A stretch of 64,000 nucleotides of DNA from an uncultured archaeon (lineage in GTDB: Archaea; Iainarchaeota; Iainarchaeia; JAADDC01): positions 2,312 to 66,311 of the forward strand of contig CAZAKL010000002.1 in the NCBI GenBank assembly GCA_964486025.1, in the 5' to 3' direction. The position numbers and the translations under genes are program-made. Within the stretch, counting starts at the first letter, position 1; each line of letters starts with the position of its first letter. Shown piece by piece: positions 36,838 to 46,240 of this stretch. The notes below the pieces were generated by a model that did not search any database, had not been told where the DNA came from, and saw only the letters and a list, made by a program, of their open reading frames with translations.

Positions 36838-37386
36838 ATGGAGCCACAGATTATAGAGGGCGGGCTCTGCCCTGCCTGCGGAAAGAAGACGCTGAGGACA
36901 GTTGTCGTTGAAAAGAGCCTTCCCCATTTTGGACGGGCAGTTATAATGACGTCCAAGTGCTCATCGTGCGGATATACACATACAGATGTCATAGAGCTGG
37001 AGGATAAGGGGCACAAGGTTCTTGAGCTAAAGGTGGACAGCCCCGAGAAGTTAAACTACGTTGTTGTTCGCTCCTCATCGGCTTCTCTTCGCATACCGGA
37101 GTTAGATTTGGAACTGCACCCCGGGCCCTTTTCTAACGGGTTTATTACCACTGTAGAGGGAGTTCTGGACCGTTTTGAGGACGCAACCAAAAAGTGGAAC
37201 CCGAGCACGGAGGAGGAGCGCGTACTGAGGGAGAAGGCGCTGAAGGAGATAGCAGATGCAAAGGAAGGGAAAATACCCTTTACGGTCGTACTGGAGGACC
37301 CCCGCGGAGTTTCTGGTATTATACCGCCCGATGACGTACCTTCGCTGCGGGAACGTGGGGAATCTCAGCAATCTCGCGGGGAGTGA
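36838..37386 (+). CDS. ZPR1-like zinc finger protein
   Basis: CPAC..PHFG..CSSCGY, VVRSS, IPEL..PGP..GFITTVEG, LEDPRG.S. Confidence 0.92.
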   Translation: MEPQIIEGGLCPACGKKTLRTVVVEKSLPHFGRAVIMTSKCSSCGYTHTDVIELEDKGHKVLELKVDSPEKLNYVVVRSSSASLRIPELDLELHPGPFSNGFITTVEGVLDRFEDATKKWNPSTEEERVLREKALKEIADAKEGKIPFTVVLEDPRGVSGIIPPDDVPSLRERGESQQSRGE

Positions 37387-38839
37387 GCGTCGCCTTCCCC
37401 GTGGCAAGGACGTTGTCGTTCTCGTCGACGATTATAATCTCCATGTTCGGGCGCATCTCTGGGTCGCTGTCCAAGACATGGTCTGTGAGGGGCGAACGCT
37501 TCTTTTCTATTGCTTCCCTCCCGTCCTCGTCCACCACTATCCGTGTGCGGGGGGAGGGTATTAGAGCTACAAGCCACTTTGCCCCGTCAACGCTCGGCAC
37601 AAAGAAGCCATCTTCATAGCGAATAAGCCCGATGTACGTTTCGCCCCTGTATATCTTCCTCGGAATTCCTCTCTTTACCTCCCAGCGGAGCTCCGAGACG
37701 TCCACATCCACACCGTACTGATACTTGAATACCGCCCGTATGACCTCCTCTGGAGACGGCCGTTCCTCGAAGAGCGGCGGGTAGGTTTGGCCAAAGGGGT
37801 ACGTGAACGCGAGGTGTTTGATGTTGACTGCCCTCTCCTTTGCCAGCTTTTTCCCCAGCGCGATTTCAGGTCTGTACTCTTTTTCAAAGAGGTATATGCT
37901 GCTCTGCTTCGGGAAAGGCATGCTCTCAAGCACGTGGTCTGAGTGGACAATGTGTTCAAACCGCTTGAACATGTCGGGATGTGTTAGCGCTCGCCTCCGT
38001 GCATACTCGTAGAGACGGCCCTCCCGTATCGCGTTTCTCGTTCTCCTTATCTCTCCCATAAACTGGAGGAGATTGTGTTCAACGAGAAGCTCTTTATTTC
38101 TTTCAAGGTCGTCCCTCTCCCTGTCTGCGCAGATTTTGCAGGCGCAGGGAAGCTCCTCTATCTCGCGGAGGGGACGGATGGAGGACTCCGTTATGTATAA
38201 TCCCTTGCCCGCGTAGCGTGCATGCGCCCCCGACGCGAAGACGTCCACGCCGAGGGCGGCAAGGAGGGGAATGGTGGCGGGGTGGTGTATTCCGAGGACT
38301 GCGATGCGTTTCGAGCGGGGGGCAATTGCGAGTATTTTCTCGAGGAATTCAGGGTGGTCGGAGTGCGTTCCGTATCCCCATGCCCATTCCTTTGTTGCCT
38401 CCACGAATGCGACGATTTCCTTCTCTGTCCAGCTTGCAGGGATTTCCAGGAAGAGTTCCTTATCGACAATCTCACGTGCTATTTCTGCGTTGACTATTGC
38501 ATCCTCTACACGGGAAGAAGGAAGGGGAGCGATAACGGGGAAGCCCATTTTTGCCTGAACTTCCACGATGTCCTCGCTGGTCACGTCCTCGTCCCCGTAC
38601 TTATCTATCTGCTTCCACCCACTCTCTGGGAGAACAAAGCCGTCGAATTTGAGATAATCCTTCACGTTCTTGCCCAGAATCTGGCGGTAATTCCTGTCTG
38701 TCCATATCCGATAGACGTTGACGAGGATTCCGTCTGTATCTGGAGCGGGTGGGCCGTATACGGAGGGGAAGAATGCCGGATATGTGATTCCATCCGCTTC
38801 CATGAGCCTCGCTGCCAGGTCGCGGGCACGAATCTTCAT
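37319..38839 (-). CDS. tgtA: archaeosine tRNA-guanine transglycosylase (arcTGT) homologue with degenerate active site
   Basis: RDLAAR, CACKIC..HNL zinc site, AIREGRLYE, TYPFGQ, YQYG, C-terminal PUA; catalytic DSG and FDS read ESG and FAS. Confidence 0.8.
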   Translation of the reverse strand: MKIRARDLAARLMEADGITYPAFFPSVYGPPAPDTDGILVNVYRIWTDRNYRQILGKNVKDYLKFDGFVLPESGWKQIDKYGDEDVTSEDIVEVQAKMGFPVIAPLPSSRVEDAIVNAEIAREIVDKELFLEIPASWTEKEIVAFVEATKEWAWGYGTHSDHPEFLEKILAIAPRSKRIAVLGIHHPATIPLLAALGVDVFASGAHARYAGKGLYITESSIRPLREIEELPCACKICADRERDDLERNKELLVEHNLLQFMGEIRRTRNAIREGRLYEYARRRALTHPDMFKRFEHIVHSDHVLESMPFPKQSSIYLFEKEYRPEIALGKKLAKERAVNIKHLAFTYPFGQTYPPLFEERPSPEEVIRAVFKYQYGVDVDVSELRWEVKRGIPRKIYRGETYIGLIRYEDGFFVPSVDGAKWLVALIPSPRTRIVVDEDGREAIEKKRSPLTDHVLDSDPEMRPNMEIIIVDENDNVLATGKATLTPREIAEIPHVPAAKVRHRAV

Positions 38840-40047
38840 ACCTTATACCTCAGTATTGCCCCGACACCGCCGAACCCGCGGGCCATTTTCTGGCCCTCCT
38901 CGGTGTCAGGGGATATGAAGAAAATCTTTGCACCTGTATCCTCTGCCATCTTTATCATTTCCTCAATCGCGTCCTCTATGACGTCGAGTTCCATTTCTGC
39001 ACCGCAGTTGGGGCATTTGTATGGCTTTTTCAGGTCCTCTGCATTCTTTGCAACGCGTTCCTCCTCGTGGCCACACTTCGGGCAGACGTACTTCCCCAGC
39101 CAGGCCTCCGCGTTTTCCACCACGAGAAGCGTGTCCACTCGCCCCTCCTTCAGGGCCTTGTATACGTTGTTCAAGCCGTAGTCCGCGAGGCCTCCCTTGA
39201 CGATTTCGCCGATGAACTTTTCCACGGCCTTTTTCTGGCGTACGATTTCGGCGTCCCTCAGGATTTCCTCTGCGCTGTCTATCGCCTCGCGTATGCCGTA
39301 CTCGTTTGTGTAACCCGTGTCGATTATACCGAGAATTTTCTGCTTGAGGCGGGGATCGAGATAGTCCTTGTTGTAGAACTCGTTCTTCTTCGGTCCGGGG
39401 CCCGCGAGTATGATGCCCTTCAGCTTATCCCCCAGCTCGAGAAAGACTTCCTTCGCCTCTTCAGCCACCTTCTTCATGTACTCGTGGTCCGCTATTTCCC
39501 GCAGTCGCTCAAATCGACGGGCGGACTGACCACCCGCGTGGTGCTTTCCCGGCGCGAGGGACCTTATTCGGGCGACGATGTCAAAAGTGTTGCCCTTTAT
39601 GAGCGCGAGCGTTGCTTCTTTTCCATCCATTGCGATTACGCCGTAGTACTCCGTTGGCTTTATCATCTCCTTCAGGGGCTCGAGGTAGAATGTCGAATCG
39701 CATCGATAAATCTTGGAAACCGGCTGGGGTGGCGCCACGGAGAATAGACGGATATCCTGCTCCCCCGGCTTGGGAGAGATGTTTCCGCAGAATATGACGA
39801 GGCCATTTTCGGGGAGCTTGTAGTCGATAGCCTTCAGATAGTTCATTATCTTTGCAAGGGCTGCCTGAACATTTTTTCTGGTTGTTTTGTCCTTTATGTT
39901 TCCCGCCTTGCTGTGCTCGTCCGTCAGCATGCTCATTATGTCGCCTCTCGGGTACTTTGGTGGGATGTACAGTGAGATTAGTTGTGTTCCGGTGCCGCGA
40001 ATGTTCTCTAGCTCCCTTACGAGGCGCTTTAGAAACGCGTCATCCAT
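38836..40047 (-). CDS. prf1: peptide chain release factor aRF1
   Basis: GTQLISLYIP, NIKD, YRCDSTF, GGQSARRFER, zinc-finger insert, FGGVGAILRY. Confidence 0.95.
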   Translation of the reverse strand: MDDAFLKRLVRELENIRGTGTQLISLYIPPKYPRGDIMSMLTDEHSKAGNIKDKTTRKNVQAALAKIMNYLKAIDYKLPENGLVIFCGNISPKPGEQDIRLFSVAPPQPVSKIYRCDSTFYLEPLKEMIKPTEYYGVIAMDGKEATLALIKGNTFDIVARIRSLAPGKHHAGGQSARRFERLREIADHEYMKKVAEEAKEVFLELGDKLKGIILAGPGPKKNEFYNKDYLDPRLKQKILGIIDTGYTNEYGIREAIDSAEEILRDAEIVRQKKAVEKFIGEIVKGGLADYGLNNVYKALKEGRVDTLLVVENAEAWLGKYVCPKCGHEEERVAKNAEDLKKPYKCPNCGAEMELDVIEDAIEEMIKMAEDTGAKIFFISPDTEEGQKMARGFGGVGAILRYKV

Positions 40048-40091
40048 GCTGGCTCCCCTTCCTTTTTATAGTGGGGGAACGTTTTTTATGC

Positions 40092-40775
40092 ATGCCCGAG
40101 CGCTACGTAATCTCCGTTGGCGGTTCCGTTATGGTGCCTGACCGGATAGACGTCCAGTGGGTACGGAAGTTCGGGCGCGTCATCGACTACTTCTTTGACC
40201 ATGGTGTGCATTTCGCGCTCGTTGCCGGCGGCGGTCGGACTGCGAGGGACTACGCATGGGCTGTCCGCCTTCTCGGAGGCTCCAAGACGCTTCAGGACCA
40301 GGCGGGCATACTCGCCACGAAGATGAACGCCTGGCTCCTTATATCTGCCCTTGAATCTGCGTATCCCGAGCCGCTCTCGGATATATGGCGCGCCAAGGCA
40401 TACATGGGGAGGTGGATACCCGTCGTGCACGGGGCCATTCCGGGCGTGACGTCAGACTATGCGGCAGCCCTTATAGCCGAGGCGACGAACGCTGCTCTCA
40501 TCAACATCACCAACGTGGACGGCGTCTTCGACAAAAACCCTTTCAAGAGCCCGGATGCTCGCCTGTTGGAGCGGCTAACGCATGAGGAGTTTGTATCGCT
40601 CGTTGAATCGGTTGATACGAGGGACCCCGGTGCCCACACGCCAATGGACATCGCCGCCGCGAAAATCCTGCAGAGATCCAAGATAAAGACGTACGTTGTG
40701 GGGAAGGACCTGCACAATCTGCACCGTCTCCTTGAGGGAAAGAGTTTCAAAGGGACGACAATATCAAGCCAGTAG
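40092..40775 (+). CDS. pyrH: uridylate kinase
   Basis: ISVGGS, VAGGG.TAR.Y, DQAGI, PGVTSD, TNVDGVF..NP; start MPERY at 40092. Confidence 0.92.
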   Translation: MPERYVISVGGSVMVPDRIDVQWVRKFGRVIDYFFDHGVHFALVAGGGRTARDYAWAVRLLGGSKTLQDQAGILATKMNAWLLISALESAYPEPLSDIWRAKAYMGRWIPVVHGAIPGVTSDYAAALIAEATNAALINITNVDGVFDKNPFKSPDARLLERLTHEEFVSLVESVDTRDPGAHTPMDIAAAKILQRSKIKTYVVGKDLHNLHRLLEGKSFKGTTISSQ

Positions 40776-41529
40776 CTGCAAAGAGCAGCTCGGGAAGCGC
40801 TATGCTAGGTATCGCGGGGAGGACACGCTTCCACCTTTTTGCCAGGCGCATTGTCCATACAAGCCCGAGCGTTGCCCCTGCCGCTGCTAGTATTGCCGGT
40901 AGAAGTCCGACCCTTAGGAGTGATACGGCAAATATCCCCGGAATCGCAACATCTCCCGCCCCGAGCATGTGTACCCTGCTTTCCTTTGCTACCCTTCCAT
41001 CCCTGTCCGCTGTTGCTCCCAGCGCCCGCGCAAGTGTGACCATGTGTTTTGTTATGAAGACGGAGATGTAGTCGTAAACTGCGAAGAGGGCAATCAAGAG
41101 TGCTGCGACCGTGGGTTCCAGCGACGTACCCACGACCGCGGTGGCCACGGAGATTATTGTGATTGTGGAGATGTTCTGGACCAGGGTGCTTCGCCACCAT
41201 ATAATTCTTGACACCACTGCGAGAAATGGCAGCGTGCTGGGCAAATTGTAGCTCAATGTAATTACGGAAGTCGTTGCGAAGAGGAAGAACAGCTCGAGGG
41301 CATCTATGATGTATTTCAGGAGCCATGGCCAGAGCCTTATGATTATGAGGAAGAATGCGGTTGCAAGGATGACGTATATGAAGAACATTCCAGCAGTTTC
41401 CGGCTCTCTTCCCTCTGCAGGCACTTCTGAGGGCGGCGGCCAGGCGAAAAGAAGGGAAAGGGCCATTGCTACGATGTATAGCACTACAATTGTCCTGAAA
41501 CTGCCCTTGAGTGCCAGCACGTTAGACAC
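40747..41529 (-). CDS. presenilin/SPP-like intramembrane aspartyl protease (A22)
   Basis: YD (VYDYISV..TKHMV), GxGD (LGAGD), PAL-like (LPAI) motifs in a polytopic protein. Confidence 0.88.
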   Translation of the reverse strand: MSNVLALKGSFRTIVVLYIVAMALSLLFAWPPPSEVPAEGREPETAGMFFIYVILATAFFLIIIRLWPWLLKYIIDALELFFLFATTSVITLSYNLPSTLPFLAVVSRIIWWRSTLVQNISTITIISVATAVVGTSLEPTVAALLIALFAVYDYISVFITKHMVTLARALGATADRDGRVAKESRVHMLGAGDVAIPGIFAVSLLRVGLLPAILAAAGATLGLVWTMRLAKRWKRVLPAIPSIALPELLFAATGLILSSL

Positions 41530-42727
41530 CGACCGTTACGCCACGCTGGTTGACTGAGACCTTGTCGATGGGGACGCGAATCTGCTTTTTACCGGCGGAA
41601 ATGATTATTGCCCTTCCCTCCGGGTCCAAAGCTTTAACCTTTCCCAGGCGAACGCCGTTCTTGCTGTAGGCCTCCACCCCAACGATTTTCCTTGACTGCT
41701 TTATGCTTTCCTCAAATATTGACGCTATCTGGGACACCACGAGGTAGAAGAAGATACTTGTTAGCGACACAACGTAGAGCTCAGTCATAGTCGCGCTCTG
41801 GGACAGTATTCGCATCGTGGCATCCACAATTACCCAGAAAATGGTGACGACTGCCATGTACCTTACGTATTTACCGATGAGGAACGCCTTCTTGTGTGTG
41901 TGGGCATCCATGCCACGGCCGAAAAGGTACAGAATTGCAGAGAGCGATGCGAATCCCGTTATGGACCGTATTGCCTCGTATATGCCCGCCTCGCCCGGGA
42001 GGGCAATGATGTTTCTGTATCCAGAGTATGCTGCCATGACGAGGAGCGCAAGGGAGATTATGTAGAATGGAGCTCCCGGGCCACGCAGGGAAATCCCCTT
42101 TATGATTGAGCGCGCCCAATCGCCTATGGCCGTGTCTGCACCTGTTGCAATTGCCAGAAAGTAGATGCCAACGATTCCAAGTATTATCTTTACGGCTAGG
42201 TCTCCCAGCAATGCCCAGAGGATGAATGCAATGCCCGGGACGCCAAAGAGGATTGCGGCGATATCCTTGTCGCGGATGGCATTCTTTATTACGTAGTACG
42301 TGCGCTCCAGCTGAACGGCCTGTTTCACCACAACTGTCTTTTTCGATATGATTGGCGCGTACGAGACTATTATGGGGATGACTTGGTCGTCCTCCGCGCC
42401 GTCCGTGACGAAGACAACGCCGTCCGCGGGGAACTCCTGGAACACGTGTTTCAGTTGATTATTAATGTTCTGGTCCGCTATGAATCCGAGATTTTTGTGT
42501 CCGGTGACCGTGGCGACCTCTACATTCTTCCCCTCTTTCCTCAGCTCCCGAGCAAGTTTGACAGCTGCGAATATTGTGTTCGCGTCGCTATCCTCTGGGT
42601 CTGCAAGTGCAAGTTTCATGGCTGCATCTATGTTGGCGTCATCGCCCAAGATTGGGCCCCTTACCCCTGCTTTCACGCCCAAATCGTCGTCCCGGTCCAC
42701 TGCGAGAACGAGGATTTTCTCGGCCAT
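41522..42727 (-). CDS. DUF373-family membrane protein with C-terminal PRC-barrel-like domain
   Basis: VDRDDDLG, DPEDSDAN, VTDGAEDDQ, VVVKQ. Confidence 0.85.
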   Translation of the reverse strand: MAEKILVLAVDRDDDLGVKAGVRGPILGDDANIDAAMKLALADPEDSDANTIFAAVKLARELRKEGKNVEVATVTGHKNLGFIADQNINNQLKHVFQEFPADGVVFVTDGAEDDQVIPIIVSYAPIISKKTVVVKQAVQLERTYYVIKNAIRDKDIAAILFGVPGIAFILWALLGDLAVKIILGIVGIYFLAIATGADTAIGDWARSIIKGISLRGPGAPFYIISLALLVMAAYSGYRNIIALPGEAGIYEAIRSITGFASLSAILYLFGRGMDAHTHKKAFLIGKYVRYMAVVTIFWVIVDATMRILSQSATMTELYVVSLTSIFFYLVVSQIASIFEESIKQSRKIVGVEAYSKNGVRLGKVKALDPEGRAIIISAGKKQIRVPIDKVSVNQRGVTVGV

Positions 42728-42762
42728 GATAATTAAAATATCCCCTTATCCTCTTTTTAAGT

Positions 42763-43725
42763 ATGGATCAGCAGGCGAAAAAGGCGCTCATTTTTGGTGT
42801 GATACTCGTAATCACACTTCTAGCAATCGTTGGCGTCGTTTATGCTGCCACAACGCAGGAGTATGTCTATTTAGTTGTAGGGGTTCTTATTCTGCTCCTC
42901 GTTATCGGCTCAATGAAGTACGATGTCCTCCTCCAGCTGAATGAATACGAGCGTGCAGTCGTATTCCGCTTCGGTCATTTTCACAGTGTTCGTGGCCCGG
43001 GATGGACGTTTATCATTCCCTTCGTGGAGAGCTACGTAAAGGTCGATATGCGTACCGAGACACTTGACGTGGCACCCCAGAAGGTTATCACAAAGGACAA
43101 CATCGAGGTAACCGTCGACGCAGTGGTCTACTTGAAGGTTACGGACCCTGCAAAGGCTGTTCTCAAAGTTCAGGACTACAAAACCGCAGCAGTCCTCTAT
43201 GTTGAATCCACTCTGCGTGAGATTGCCGGCCGCATGACTGCAGAGGAGATAATATCCAACGTGGACAAGATAAACTCTCAGCTGCGCGACGATTTACAAA
43301 GGGTCGCGAGGGACTGGGGCGTCAGCATCGTTTCTGTTGAGTTGAAGCGTGTTGAACTGCCCTCCGAGCTTATGGAGGCTATGCACCAGCGCAGGGAGGC
43401 GGAGCAGAGGAAATACGCTGCAATGCAGGAGGCAGAGGCGGAGAAAGTAAAGATAGAGGCAGTAAAGGCTGCTGCAGGGGAACTGAATGAAAAGGCCCTC
43501 GCGTACTACTATCTCAAGGCGCTGGAGCAAATCGCGTCGGGAAAGGCGACGAAGATTGTCCTCCCCCTCGAGGTATCTTCCCTTGCCCAGAGCATATCTG
43601 CGGCCCTTGGCGGCGCAGTGAGTCCGCAGAAGGTGGAGAAGGATTTAGAGGGGAAGTACTCATACCTCCTCGAAGAATACAGGAAGTTGCTTGAAACGAA
43701 GAGGTCAGCTTCCGGGAAGAAATGA
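42763..43725 (+). CDS. SPFH/stomatin (band 7) protein
   Basis: YERAVVFRFG, GPG..IIPFVE, ITKDN..VDAVVY, WGVSI.SVELK. Confidence 0.92.
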   Translation: MDQQAKKALIFGVILVITLLAIVGVVYAATTQEYVYLVVGVLILLLVIGSMKYDVLLQLNEYERAVVFRFGHFHSVRGPGWTFIIPFVESYVKVDMRTETLDVAPQKVITKDNIEVTVDAVVYLKVTDPAKAVLKVQDYKTAAVLYVESTLREIAGRMTAEEIISNVDKINSQLRDDLQRVARDWGVSIVSVELKRVELPSELMEAMHQRREAEQRKYAAMQEAEAEKVKIEAVKAAAGELNEKALAYYYLKALEQIASGKATKIVLPLEVSSLAQSISAALGGAVSPQKVEKDLEGKYSYLLEEYRKLLETKRSASGKK

Positions 43726-44499
43726 TGACTCTATAGCGGCCCCCAGGTAGAGCAACAGAATGCCCGTTATGAGAAATATGAGCGCGTCGCGTATCAGGTG
43801 GCCGTTCCATCCCTTTTGGAGTATGGCGAGCGATATCAGGGCGCCCGTGAACCCTGCTATTACGTATGCGCCATACTCTATTATGCCGTGGGGTAGAATA
43901 CCTAGGAAGTGGATAATTCCGCTTAGAATCGAGCCGCTTTCCTGAATTTTCGACGCGAGAAGCGTGGCGATGACGGAAGCATTCCAAGTAAGTATGAATA
44001 CGCCGCCCGTCCCGTATATGAACGAGAGTAGGACGCCTATGGTGTAAACGCGCATGTTGTTCCAGAATATGATGTTGAAAACTCTCGGGGAGACAGCATT
44101 TCCGGTTATACTCGATCTGACGCTCTCTACAAATCCCAGGTCTTTCATCTGGAAGTCAGTCGCCGCTGCAAACTCAGACGGAGATAGCATGAGGTACGCC
44201 GTCGTGAATCCGGCGATCTCTCCAAAGAAGAACCAGAGATATAGAGCAACGACACGCGCCTCTCGCGTAAATACGCTCTTGGGATAGAGGTCAAGCATGT
44301 CGCTCTCGAACTCGACAATCTTGAGTATGAGCGGGACACCTGCAATTGTTGCGAGGGAAACTGCGAGTATGCTTGCTGCTGAGCTGTGTAGAAGGAGCGC
44401 AAGGGGCACCGATATTACGGTGTATACAAATCCGGCGGCGAACATGAGCATCGGGCGCCCTTCGACATCCCTTGCGCCGAAGATGTATTCAAAAACCAC
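43705..44499 (-). CDS. SpoIIM/DUF95-like membrane protein
   Basis: IFWNN, ILTWNASVI, PHGIIE, AAIE motifs. Confidence 0.8.
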   Translation of the reverse strand: MVFEYIFGARDVEGRPMLMFAAGFVYTVISVPLALLLHSSAASILAVSLATIAGVPLILKIVEFESDMLDLYPKSVFTREARVVALYLWFFFGEIAGFTTAYLMLSPSEFAAATDFQMKDLGFVESVRSSITGNAVSPRVFNIIFWNNMRVYTIGVLLSFIYGTGGVFILTWNASVIATLLASKIQESGSILSGIIHFLGILPHGIIEYGAYVIAGFTGALISLAILQKGWNGHLIRDALIFLITGILLLYLGAAIESSFLPGS

Positions 44500-44546
44500 G
44501 TGAAAATATGATCACCTTTATTAAAATTCGTGGGCATCTTTTCTTC

Positions 44547-44837
44547 ATGGCAGATCTGTCCTATGTTAAGGGTCGTCTCGAGGGCCTCTTTGAGCTGGTA
44601 ACGCTTCTGAAGGATATGGCGCACGGCGATGTTTCTGGAAGCCCGGAGATGCTTCAGAAGATGGTTGATCACATTTACGTCGAGCTCGGCGAGATACTTG
44701 ACGTTCTGGGGTCCAATGCAGCTGCAGATGCCAGAAAAACCGTGCCCATAGTTTCAAAGGCGGCCAAGAAGGAGTCCGGGAGCGCTGTCAAGGCAAAGGA
44801 CGTGCTCTCGGAACTGCTCACAAAGGAAGACGAGTGA
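44547..44837 (+). CDS. hypothetical helical protein
   Basis: ATG 44547; GTGA-coupled to csl4. Confidence 0.6.
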   Translation: MADLSYVKGRLEGLFELVTLLKDMAHGDVSGSPEMLQKMVDHIYVELGEILDVLGSNAAADARKTVPIVSKAAKKESGSAVKAKDVLSELLTKEDE

Positions 44838-45415
44838 AGGTGGTTGGTTTGTTTGTTACCCCCGGCGAGAAGCTCGCGGAAGTAGAGGAGTTCATGCCCT
44901 CTGACGGTGCCTATGAGGAAGAGGGTATTGTGTATGCGTCGACGATTGGAGAGCCACGTTTCGACGAACTGGAGCACGAGGTACGCGTAGATGCACCGGT
45001 AAAGGTCCCTCGGCTCAACGTTGTGAATTCCATAGTTTACGGGAGGATTGTCCAGACCTTTGATCAGTACGCTGTCGTTGAACTCTTTCCATACAAGACG
45101 AGGCGGTTCCGTCTCGTTCCACCCTCCAAGTTTGCCACTATTCACATATCCAATGTGGCCAAGCGTTACGTGGAGAACGTCAGACAGGAGTTTGGCGTTG
45201 GGGACTGGATCCGCGCCAAGATTGTCGGCATCCAGAAGCGCCGCTTCGTTCAGCTCTCCACGGAGGGAGCTAACTACGGCATAATTAAGGCATACTGTCC
45301 ACATTGCAGGCGGCCCCTTTCGAGAAGGGGTGCGGTGCTCTACTGCCCACGTTGTAAGCGTACGTTCAAGAGGAAAATTGCGCAGGATTACGGCATGCCG
45401 AAGCTTCCGAGGTGA
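44834..45415 (+). CDS. csl4: exosome RNA-binding protein Csl4
   Basis: VTPGEKL..EEF, S1 domain IHIS..F.VGD.IRAKI, CxxC..CxxC, RKIA.DY. Confidence 0.92.
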   Translation: MKVVGLFVTPGEKLAEVEEFMPSDGAYEEEGIVYASTIGEPRFDELEHEVRVDAPVKVPRLNVVNSIVYGRIVQTFDQYAVVELFPYKTRRFRLVPPSKFATIHISNVAKRYVENVRQEFGVGDWIRAKIVGIQKRRFVQLSTEGANYGIIKAYCPHCRRPLSRRGAVLYCPRCKRTFKRKIAQDYGMPKLPR

Positions 45416-45419
45416 TTGT

Positions 45420-45692
45420 ATGGATGTAAAAATCCTCAAGGAGACGGATAAGGAACTGGAGATTGAGATTACAGGTGATAAGACGATTCCTGTCCTTCTG
45501 AAGTCATATCTGGTTCAGGATGAGAATGTGGAATTCGCGGCATTCGCTCTTGGGCATCCTCTTGAGGGCAAGACGAAGCTCTTTGTCCGCGTGAAGTCTG
45601 GGAACCCGAGAGAAGTTGTGAAGGCAGCCGTAGAGCGTGCAAAGGCAGACTTTATTACATTCAGGACTGCCTTTGAAGAGGCTCTGAAATGA
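45420..45692 (+). CDS. rpoL: RNA polymerase subunit L (Rpo11)
   Basis: ELEIEI.G, VEFAAF..HPL; conserved position after csl4. Confidence 0.88.
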   Translation: MDVKILKETDKELEIEITGDKTIPVLLKSYLVQDENVEFAAFALGHPLEGKTKLFVRVKSGNPREVVKAAVERAKADFITFRTAFEEALK

Positions 45693-46240
45693 TCCGCGCG
45701 GTTGGCGTGGATGACGGGTTCTTCAGACGACCGGGGCCGAGGGCCCCCCTTGTTGCCATTCTCATGCGCGGGACGCTTGTGGAGGGCGTTTTATACAGGG
45801 AGGTCAGCGTTGACGGAAACGATGTTACCGATGTTCTGGCTGACGCGTTAACACATTCAAAGTATGCTGGTCAGGCAGGGGTGGTGTTTACCTCCGGTAC
45901 AATGTTTGCCGGTACGAATGTTCTCGATCTTGCGCGTTTGCATGAGCGCGTTGGTGTCCCCGTGGTCGCCGTTCTTAGAAGGGGGCCGTCCGAGCGTTTC
46001 AACGCACTTGTTTCACACCTTTCCGATGAGAAAAGGAAAATATTGCGGAGCAACCCTCCCCTTTCACCCCTTGAGACCAAGAAGGGGACGCTCTACGTCT
46101 CTGTCGTGGGCATAGACTACCCCTCCGTTAAAAGGGTTGTGGAGGATTATCAGATATACTCCGTGCTGCCGGAACCACTTCGGCTGGCGCATATCGTGGC
46201 ATCGGCTATAGGGCTGGGTGAGTCTCGTGGGCGTCCTTGA
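45689..46240 (+). CDS. DUF99/UPF0215 endonuclease V-like protein
   Basis: VGVDDG, VDGNDVT, FAGTNV.D, PEPLRLAHIVA. Confidence 0.88.
   Translation: MIRAVGVDDGFFRRPGPRAPLVAILMRGTLVEGVLYREVSVDGNDVTDVLADALTHSKYAGQAGVVFTSGTMFAGTNVLDLARLHERVGVPVVAVLRRGPSERFNALVSHLSDEKRKILRSNPPLSPLETKKGTLYVSVVGIDYPSVKRVVEDYQIYSVLPEPLRLAHIVASAIGLGESRGRP

Noticed and set aside
37319..38839. Calling the TGT-like gene ArcS or a pseudogene
   Set aside because: No PCxxxKPY ArcS motif; the ORF is uninterrupted with intact zinc and PUA domains.
29992..40091. Long N-terminal extensions given by the ORF track for dcd (29992), ZPR1 (36646) and pyrH (39852)
   Set aside because: They overlap divergent genes and promoters; family homology starts at ATG 30187, 36838 and 40092.
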